Positions 17,226 to 23,993 of a DNA stretch of 23,993 nt are shown here, one piece after another. Position numbers and translations under genes: made by a program. The notes beneath the pieces are model-generated. The model was given only the letters and a program-made list of their open reading frames with translations, did no database searches and was not told where the DNA came from. Source of the stretch: Verrucomicrobiota bacterium. GTDB taxonomy: Bacteria > Verrucomicrobiota > Verrucomicrobiia > Verrucomicrobiales > DEV007. Numbering within the stretch: the first letter of the stretch is position 1; each line of letters starts with the position of its first letter. The stretch is from positions 1-23,993 of the forward strand of contig JASFYY010000130.1 of assembly GCA_045046875.1 (NCBI GenBank), read 5' to 3'.

Positions 17226-18575
17226 ATGAAATCCTTATTATTCAGCCTCTTGCTTTTTTTCTCCGTTTTTTCATCCCTGCACAGCCAGGAAAAACCCAAC
17301 ATCGTATTGCTGCTCTCCGATGACCAGGCCTGGACCGACTATGGCTTCATGGGACACGACAGCATCAAAACACCACACCTCGACCGCCTTGCCAAACGCT
17401 CCGCGGTTTTCAAACGCGGGTATGTTCCCGTCGCCCTCTGCCGCCCCTCCTTGATGACGCTGATCTCCGGCCTCTACCCCCACGTGCACCACGTCACCGG
17501 CAACGATCCCACTCCATTGAAAGGAGACCCCGACAAATACAATCAACTGCGCGCCGATCTGATCTCCAACATCGACAAACATCCTGTGCTACCCAAATTG
17601 CTCGCCGAACAAGGCTACATCAGTCACCAAAGTGGCAAGTGGTGGGAAGGTGACCCCAAACGCGCCGGTTTCACCGAAGGCATGACCCGAGGTTTCCCTA
17701 AACCCGGTGGCCGTCACGGCGATGACGGACTCAAGATTGGCCGTGAAGGCATGGAGCCCGTATTTGATTTCATTAACCGGGCCGCTGATAAAAAGAAGCC
17801 TTTTTTCATCTGGTATGCGCCCTTCCTGCCGCATTCACCGCACAATCCCCCTGCTCGCATTTTGAAAAAATACACCAAAGAAGGTCGCCCCGAATCGATC
17901 GCCAAATATTACGCCATGGTCGAGTGGTTCGACGAAACCTGCGGCCAACTGATTGATCACATTGATGACAAAGGACTGACCAATAATACCATCTTCGTTT
18001 ACCTCAGTGACAATGGTTGGGTGCAGAACCCAAAGAGCAAAAGTTTTGTCACCGGATCGAAACAAGCACCCCAGGAGGCCGGTGTGCGTCAACCCACCAT
18101 GTATAGCTGGCCAGCTAAAATCAAAGCAGGTGACTACTCCGACGTCATCACTAGTCTTGATTTCATGCCCACCGTGCTCAGCGCCGCCGGTGCGACGATT
18201 CCCGAAAACCTGCCCGGAGTCGATTTGATGCCACTCTTAACCGAAGGCAAAAAACTCGACCGCGAAGCCATCTTCGGCGAAAGCTTCTCTCACGACGTCG
18301 CTGACGTCAACGAACCCGAAGCCACCCTGCTCTACCGCTGGTGCATCGAAGGAAAATGGAAACTGCTGCTCACCTACGACGGCAAAATCGGCCGCTACGG
18401 CTCCCGCCACAAACGCGACCAGCCCGCCCCCTTCCTCACCGACCTGCTCGCCGATCCCAATGAAACCACCAACCTCGCCGCGCAACACCCGGACGCAGTC
18501 AAACGCCTGGCAAAACGCATCGACCAAAACTGGCATTTGAAAAAAGCCAAGTTGATGGGAAAATTGCCTGAATAG
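17226..18575 (+). CDS. Secreted sulfatase-family (S1/alkaline phosphatase superfamily) hydrolase with atypical active-site motifs
   Basis: Signal peptide; KPNIVLLLSDDQ, TPHLDRLA, CRPSL, GKWW, PHSPH, SDNG, DPNETTNLA. Confidence 0.88.
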   Translation: MKSLLFSLLLFFSVFSSLHSQEKPNIVLLLSDDQAWTDYGFMGHDSIKTPHLDRLAKRSAVFKRGYVPVALCRPSLMTLISGLYPHVHHVTGNDPTPLKGDPDKYNQLRADLISNIDKHPVLPKLLAEQGYISHQSGKWWEGDPKRAGFTEGMTRGFPKPGGRHGDDGLKIGREGMEPVFDFINRAADKKKPFFIWYAPFLPHSPHNPPARILKKYTKEGRPESIAKYYAMVEWFDETCGQLIDHIDDKGLTNNTIFVYLSDNGWVQNPKSKSFVTGSKQAPQEAGVRQPTMYSWPAKIKAGDYSDVITSLDFMPTVLSAAGATIPENLPGVDLMPLLTEGKKLDREAIFGESFSHDVADVNEPEATLLYRWCIEGKWKLLLTYDGKIGRYGSRHKRDQPAPFLTDLLADPNETTNLAAQHPDAVKRLAKRIDQNWHLKKAKLMGKLPE

Positions 18576-18595
18576 TGTGGCTCATTCTACACTAA

Positions 18596-18658
18596 CGCAG
18601 GCACGCTCAGGTTTTTGAATTATTGGTTCAATAATTCTGAAACTTTAGCCTCACTGCG
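18596..18658. repeat. 63-bp imperfect inverted repeat between convergent genes
   Basis: 30-nt arms and a 3-nt loop with no bulges; 23 of 30 Watson-Crick pairs plus 2 G-T by manual count; core GAATTATTG-GTT-CAATAATTC. Confidence 0.75.
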
Positions 18659-18661
18659 GAA

Positions 18662-18871
18662 TCATGCATTAGGGTCAGGGTCAACACCTTCTGCATCGAT
18701 TGCAATTCGACTTACGATGCGGTCAGGATTGCCTATCTGCAGTTTGCGTGTTGCTGCCACAATGCGTCGAATGTCGTAACCATGCTCTGCTGCGATTTCC
18801 TCCTTGATACGGCGGACTTCGGCAAGCACTGGGTCAATTTCTATTTTTTTTAAAATGACAGTACTACTCAT
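18662..18871 (-). CDS. Small protein, probable partner/antitoxin of the upstream PIN protein
   Basis: DPVLAEVRRIKEEIAAEHGYDI pattern, which I recall following this PIN subfamily; 8-bp overlap with the PIN gene. Confidence 0.65.
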   Translation of the reverse strand: MSSTVILKKIEIDPVLAEVRRIKEEIAAEHGYDIRRIVAATRKLQIGNPDRIVSRIAIDAEGVDPDPNA

Positions 18872-19340
18872 TACTTACAAATTCTTCTGGTGTACATATT
18901 ACCGGCATGGCTATCCCCATACCCTCCAAGACTTCGCGAATCCTTCGCCGAATCTGAGGGTTCGCTATATGACGACAGTTCCATGTCAGAAGATAGTCCA
19001 TATTGTGGACCGCTGCACATGAAATATGGATCGCGTCCTCGGCAGCCTTCTCAGGGATAATCGCATCATCAAGCAAATGCTGCGCAACAGTGCCCACTAG
19101 ATCGTCTAGACTGAGCAAAGGAACATCGGCCATCAACTGCAGCCTAGCTTCAGCCATCTCAGAATCGCCTCTGGATGCCTCAGCTATCACAGATTGGGAG
19201 GAAAAGATGTCGAATCGAGGCCTATGAAAAGTCCACCATTCGATGGTCAATTGTTGGCGAGCAGCCTGTACAATATCACGGGAAGGCCGAGCAACATAAT
19301 AGCTTGGAATTGTCGTTTCGATGAATACTGTCTCTGCCAT
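18864..19340 (-). CDS. PIN-domain (VapC-like) nuclease
   Basis: VFIETTIPSY, VIAEASRGD, DAIHI and LLTWNCRHIAN supply the PIN acidic/catalytic positions. Confidence 0.88.
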   Translation of the reverse strand: MAETVFIETTIPSYYVARPSRDIVQAARQQLTIEWWTFHRPRFDIFSSQSVIAEASRGDSEMAEARLQLMADVPLLSLDDLVGTVAQHLLDDAIIPEKAAEDAIHISCAAVHNMDYLLTWNCRHIANPQIRRRIREVLEGMGIAMPVICTPEEFVSNE

Positions 19341-19360
19341 GACCGGTGATTTTTTGGTAT

Positions 19361-20035
19361 TTAGAGCGAAGGTTTAATTCCTGCTAGAATATTAGATACC
19401 CGGTCTTCATACCGAGTTTTCATTTGCCGACTGGCCTCAATCAATTGATTACAGTCATTCGCATCAATGACGCCTGCCTCAACCGCCCATTTAAAAACAT
19501 TATCTTCCTGCCGCGGCAAAGTTTTGATCCATTTAAAAAATTCACTCTGAAATTTTACTTTGCCTAAAGACTGCAATTGATAGGGAAATAATGCCAACTT
19601 CCCCTTAGTCCATACCTCTAACGATAATATACCATTAATGGTCTTAGCCGAATCGAACCATGGAACCGCTATTTCGCAAAGCAATTGCTCAAACTCTTCC
19701 TTGAAGGCCTCGATACTTTCTTCGCTATTAATTTTCCACCAATAATCAGATTTTTGCAAAGGAGCCAATCGTATAAAAGTATTATCAAACCCTCCTTCAG
19801 TCCAACCAAGAGGCGGCACATCCAATTTATGAGCACAACTCAAATTAACAGCAACAGCTCCTCCTGTTTTCTCCCAATATTTATCCACTTGAAGATCAAT
19901 CTCGCGTCTTACTTTATCCTGTTCATTCGTAAACACTCGAGTTCCCTTTGGGGACCAATCAGAGAAATAACTATTTGCCGAGACTATGTCAGCAAAGGCT
20001 TTGTTCACTTCTTTAATCATCTTCCCCTTCCCCAA
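19361..20035 (-). CDS. Hypothetical protein, DUF4304-like
   Basis: IDLQ...VAVNL...IRL...DYWW...AVPWFD pattern resembles DUF4304; AT-rich. Start is TTG 20035 or ATG 20020. Confidence 0.55.
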   Translation of the reverse strand: MGKGKMIKEVNKAFADIVSANSYFSDWSPKGTRVFTNEQDKVRREIDLQVDKYWEKTGGAVAVNLSCAHKLDVPPLGWTEGGFDNTFIRLAPLQKSDYWWKINSEESIEAFKEEFEQLLCEIAVPWFDSAKTINGILSLEVWTKGKLALFPYQLQSLGKVKFQSEFFKWIKTLPRQEDNVFKWAVEAGVIDANDCNQLIEASRQMKTRYEDRVSNILAGIKPSL

Positions 20036-23000
20036 TCATTCCCCACCCTGCTTCTCCCGCCACGCATCCACGCTCGGCAGGTGATACATCGAGAAGGAAG
20101 TCTGGATCGGATAGTTGCACACACAACTGGATGAAAAACACGGCACGTTGAGTAAACCGTCAGCCGGAACAAAACTGTTTGAACATCCACTACGCAAATT
20201 CCGAATCGCATAACGCTTCCCTGTATTCTTATCAAAGTAAGCTGCCGTGCTATCCCTGACAAATACCAGGCTCGCACTGCCCACGGCATAATTACATCCA
20301 CCCGACTTTTTGAAGGCCCGTTCTTTACCGATAATTTTTCCTGTCATCAATTCGTGGGTATTGCCCGCTTGATTAATGAAGGTCTTATCATCCTGACTGA
20401 CCATCAACGGCTGTAAACCACATCGCTCGTTTTTCCACAGCACCTCACCACTGGATAATTTCAATCCCACTGTATCCGGCCCCCTGCCCGCCAACACCAA
20501 ACCCAGCTTGGGAGCTGCCGCCACCCAGTCATCTTTGCCCCGCAGCTCATAAACCCCCAATGTTTTAAAAGCGTTGGGAGCCTGAGTAAGCGCATGAGTC
20601 CAAAGCTCCTTCCCGCTTCGGCCATCCAGACAGATAAGATTACCTACTAGCTTAGTAATATCATCCCCACGTCGACTCATAGCATTCACCGCAGTCGGTG
20701 CATGCGAGTCAATGCACAACACCCGCCCATCAGCAAGCGCAATGGATGAAGTGCTGTAACGATACTTGGCTGGACGACTCCACAGCTGTTTGCCGGTCTT
20801 GCGGTCGACTGCAATGAGCAGCTGACTATCCCAACGGCCTTCAGTGAGCTTGAAATTGTCATTGTCTCGCAAGCCGATCACAATCAAATCCCCGTCCACC
20901 CGGATGTCCGAAGCGGAAGCGGGTTTATCTTTAGGCATATCCACTTTCAGCGGCCAGTTGTGACGGGTCTTACCCGTATTCGGATCAAGAACTTCAAGCC
21001 TTCTTCCCTGGGCCAGGTAGATCGCTTCGGGAAAGGTGGCATAACGCGATGACCTTTCCACATCCCTGACCCACAAATTACGACCGGTGTAGATGTCGAG
21101 AGCGTAGAGTTTTCGCTGCTGTTGTTGCAAAGCAAGCAAGCGCCCACCGGCGACCTGCGGTTTCACACTGGCACCGTAAAATTTAGGTTTACGAAATCCG
21201 TATCCCTCGCCATCTCCATACCAGAGAACTGAAAGAGGAGCTTTCACCAAATGATCATTGGAATAATAATCGCGAGCCGCATTGGCGGTTTCATGAGTCC
21301 ATTGATCGGTCTCCGGCAAGGCTCCATCTCGACGCACCACGTTTAATCCATCCTGTACATTAAACTGCTTTTTGCCATCCTCCATCGGCGCAGCTGGCAA
21401 CACCGCAATGCCTCCATAAGGGCGCAGGGTAGAAAACACTTTTCCTGCTTTCATTTTGGCCGCCACTCCGGGATTTTCACTGGTGATCAAATTGGCCATG
21501 TAGGGAGGGAAATCCACCTTGGCCGGATCGCCTACGATTCCCTGGAAGCGGCCATCATAAATCCCCTCGGTAGCGATTTCACGACGGAGTTGATCGATGA
21601 CCTTTTTATCCGGATGAACCGCCAGGACAAGCATCCTGGTTTTATTCAACAGCCGCCGAACGATCTGTCCTTTGTCAATCCCCAAGACCAAAGCATAACC
21701 TTCGCTGGCTTTACTTACTTTCACAACCTTCCTCGCCAGGGCATCGTCTTCCCCCACTCCCGTCAGTTTTCCTTTTTTCAGCGGATGCATTTTTGGCTCA
21801 CCTGTTGCGGTGCCAAAACACAACAAACCACCTTCCTGAGTCAGGACAAAAAGTTTGCCGTCGGCTGCTAACAATTCAGCCGGAGTCTGCTTGATCTTTT
21901 TTGTCCAGGCCAGACTTGTTTTATCCCCGCCTTTTTTCGGCAAATCAAAAGCCACCAGGGTTTTATCAAGATGGGCATACAAACGCCCCCCGGCTTTGAT
22001 CACCGCCTCCGTAGCCCCTTTGGCATCAGCTGCATTGATTTTCAGTTTCCACAGTTCGGGAACCTTCCAATCTGCCGGATTGTAAGTGTAGTCTCCGCTC
22101 TTTTTCTCATAGGTCGCGGTTGTTGCCGCCGCCAGGTCATGGGCAAACACGGTTCCCCGTGTCACCGAGTAAGCGGTACTCCCATCGAGCACCGAGCGAT
22201 AATCACATCCCGAAAATCGTTTATAGCCCCAGAAAGGCCCTTCAAACTGATCCCGCTTGGGAGTGCTCCACGCCTTGGGCGCGTCCTTACCTGCTTTGAC
22301 AAAGGTTTCGGCGCCAATTTCCAGCCCATTATCAAGCGTGATAGCCCCACCCTCTCCCACCAGGGCATACTTTTCATTAGCAATCACCCGGGCGTCGCCA
22401 TGTCGATAGCCCTGGACAAAGTGCTGCAGCTTACCCGTTTTTAAATCAATACGGGCAGGCATCGAACGTCCATTGGGAATAATAAGGAAATTTTTCGCAA
22501 TCAACATGTGGCCCTGTGGAGACAAAGCAGATTCTTCCAGCCTGTTGTGATCAATGCGGGTGTCCGGCAACAAGTGGGTGTTCTCATTAGTCCAGTTCAC
22601 CTCACCTGTTTCGGCGTTGAGCGAATGAATAAATATCCCCAGTGAAGGCCACACCCCGGAAGCCAGATAAAGCGTCTTGCCATCCTTGCTGATCACCGGT
22701 CCACCGCGCACCGGCCAATAAGAGATCAAACGATTGTTGCCCATGTGAAGTTTTTCCGCACGCTCATCAGGAGAGGCACGGAACTTCCACAACTGCTCAC
22801 CGCTTGAAGCATCGAGGCAATAGAGATGCCCGTCGTCCGATCCAACATAAACTTTCCCGTTCGCCGCAACCGGAGCCAGACGAACCGGTCCATTGGCGTA
22901 ATGCCGCCAGAGTTCCTGCCCGGTTTCAGTATCGATCGCTGTCAGTGACGAATCATTGGGCGATCCCAGATACAAAATTTTATTGAGCACCACCGGATGG

Positions 23001-23221
23001 TAGGCGGTATCAAAATGCAAACGCTTCTCATTGGGCCAGGCCGCGCGAACTGCCGGCAACTCCATGCTCCATTGCAGATTCAGTTCATCGGCAAGCGCGT
23101 GCGGGCTCGCGCCGGAACGATGCGCATCATAACGCCACATGGGCCAGTCCTGGGCTTGGGCACTGCCGCTCAGGATAAAACAAACCACTAGAGCCAAGCT
23201 GATAAAAGGGATTTTTTTCAT
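20036..23221 (-). CDS. Large secreted PQQ-like/BamB-like beta-propeller repeat protein with an internal methyltransferase-like domain
   Basis: Signal peptide MKKIPF...SAQA then QDWPMWRYDAHRSG; repeated A/LD..TG..LW blades; central GYALVLG...PPYMANLI...LRPYGG; Cys-rich C-terminus. Start reassigned to ATG 23221. Confidence 0.85.
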   Translation of the reverse strand: MKKIPFISLALVVCFILSGSAQAQDWPMWRYDAHRSGASPHALADELNLQWSMELPAVRAAWPNEKRLHFDTAYHPVVLNKILYLGSPNDSSLTAIDTETGQELWRHYANGPVRLAPVAANGKVYVGSDDGHLYCLDASSGEQLWKFRASPDERAEKLHMGNNRLISYWPVRGGPVISKDGKTLYLASGVWPSLGIFIHSLNAETGEVNWTNENTHLLPDTRIDHNRLEESALSPQGHMLIAKNFLIIPNGRSMPARIDLKTGKLQHFVQGYRHGDARVIANEKYALVGEGGAITLDNGLEIGAETFVKAGKDAPKAWSTPKRDQFEGPFWGYKRFSGCDYRSVLDGSTAYSVTRGTVFAHDLAAATTATYEKKSGDYTYNPADWKVPELWKLKINAADAKGATEAVIKAGGRLYAHLDKTLVAFDLPKKGGDKTSLAWTKKIKQTPAELLAADGKLFVLTQEGGLLCFGTATGEPKMHPLKKGKLTGVGEDDALARKVVKVSKASEGYALVLGIDKGQIVRRLLNKTRMLVLAVHPDKKVIDQLRREIATEGIYDGRFQGIVGDPAKVDFPPYMANLITSENPGVAAKMKAGKVFSTLRPYGGIAVLPAAPMEDGKKQFNVQDGLNVVRRDGALPETDQWTHETANAARDYYSNDHLVKAPLSVLWYGDGEGYGFRKPKFYGASVKPQVAGGRLLALQQQQRKLYALDIYTGRNLWVRDVERSSRYATFPEAIYLAQGRRLEVLDPNTGKTRHNWPLKVDMPKDKPASASDIRVDGDLIVIGLRDNDNFKLTEGRWDSQLLIAVDRKTGKQLWSRPAKYRYSTSSIALADGRVLCIDSHAPTAVNAMSRRGDDITKLVGNLICLDGRSGKELWTHALTQAPNAFKTLGVYELRGKDDWVAAAPKLGLVLAGRGPDTVGLKLSSGEVLWKNERCGLQPLMVSQDDKTFINQAGNTHELMTGKIIGKERAFKKSGGCNYAVGSASLVFVRDSTAAYFDKNTGKRYAIRNLRSGCSNSFVPADGLLNVPCFSSSCVCNYPIQTSFSMYHLPSVDAWREKQGGE

Positions 23222-23299
23222 AGGGATATCGATCAATAAAGCAGACTTCAAAGCAAACACAATCTCACCATGTTTGCTGAGATTTTCCGCCAAGCCGCC

Positions 23300-23993
23300 T
23301 CACGCCTTGCGTCCGAATTTTTTCTCCAACTCTCCGTAGGAAATCTGAATCAAAGTGGGGCGTCCATGCGGACAGCAATAAGGCATCTCACATTCCAGCA
23401 GATCCTTGAGCAACTTGTCCAACTCGGGCCCTTGCAATTTATCGTTCGCTTTCACCGCATGACGACAAACGGTGGTGGCCACCAGGTCCTCGCCCAATCT
23501 CAGGCTCGACATCTTTGCACTGGAAACCCGCAGCTCCTCGATCACCGCATAGATAAAATCCAAGGGTTCATCATTTTTGAAAAAGGATGGCAAGCTGTCG
23601 ATTTTTAAAGTATTGCCGCCAAAAGGCTCGGCGATGATGCCCAGACGAGCCAGCACCTCCAAATTCTGGTTCACCAGATCAAAATCCTTCGGTGGCAGTT
23701 CAACCGTGGCGGGAATCAGTAAACGCTGGGTCGGCACCCCGCCTTCCTCCATCCGCCGTTTCATTTCTTCAAACAAAACACGCTCATGTGCCGCATGCTG
23801 ATCCATCAAAGCCAATCCATTACTGCTCTCCATCAACACATACAACTTGCCCAACACCCCCATAATCCTGAAGTCCTCCGGCACCGGTCCGTCCGCCGCC
23901 GCCACACTGCGGTCCGAGTCCTTCCCTGTATCGGCACCGACACCGGCATCCACATCCGGAGCATCTTCATTCAACCGTGCCGTGACCTCGCCC
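23300..23993 (-). CDS. mutL: DNA mismatch repair endonuclease MutL, C-terminal part (5' end beyond the window)
   Basis: DQHAAHERVLFE, QRLLIP (clamp-binding), VCRHAVK, CPHGRPT; reading frame open to the right edge. Confidence 0.96.
   Translation of the reverse strand, partial: GEVTARLNEDAPDVDAGVGADTGKDSDRSVAAADGPVPEDFRIMGVLGKLYVLMESSNGLALMDQHAAHERVLFEEMKRRMEEGGVPTQRLLIPATVELPPKDFDLVNQNLEVLARLGIIAEPFGGNTLKIDSLPSFFKNDEPLDFIYAVIEELRVSSAKMSSLRLGEDLVATTVCRHAVKANDKLQGPELDKLLKDLLECEMPYCCPHGRPTLIQISYGELEKKFGRKA

Noticed and set aside
18576..20035. Integron cassette array
   Set aside because: No integrase in the window, no attC between the other genes, and the single palindrome lacks the R'' box and extrahelical bases
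23300..23974. Stand-alone truncated MutL starting at TTG 23974
   Set aside because: The frame stays open to the window edge; this is the linker and C-terminal domain of a longer gene. The endonuclease motif is normal for MutH-less bacteria.
1..23993. CRISPR array, tRNA/rRNA, transposase or prophage genes; the many antisense ORFs in the track
   Set aside because: No regularly spaced repeats or recognisable motifs seen; the antisense ORFs are shadows of well-supported genes in GC-rich DNA

Overview
Bacterial chromosomal window, probably from the PVC superphylum (Verrucomicrobiota-like; inferred from the DUF1549/DUF1553 + DUF1501 pair, the sulfatase and the large PQQ-propeller protein). Left to right: (1) an AT-richer class I SAM methyltransferase gene running off the left edge, missing from the ORF track; (2) a minus-strand classical menaquinone operon, menF-menD-menH-menB-menA-menC-menE; (3) a divergent ECF sigma factor and a small membrane protein; (4) a DUF1549/DUF1553 + DUF1501 pair; (5) a GntP-family permease divergent from an IlvD/Edd sugar-acid dehydratase, followed by an atypical sulfatase-family gene; (6) an AT-richer block with a small protein, a PIN nuclease and a DUF4304-like protein; (7) a secreted double beta-propeller protein with an internal methyltransferase-like domain; (8) the 3' part of mutL. 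The most interesting unannotated signal is a candidate ~98-nt sRNA at 13778-13875 with its own sigma70 promoter, three hairpins and a terminator. Next are an 8-bp tandem repeat forming a relay of Met-Pro-stop mini-ORFs between menA and menC, a 63-bp imperfect palindrome at the edge of the AT-rich block, and a GC-skew/composition break near position 1000-1160. All family calls come from motif recognition by eye; no searches were run.
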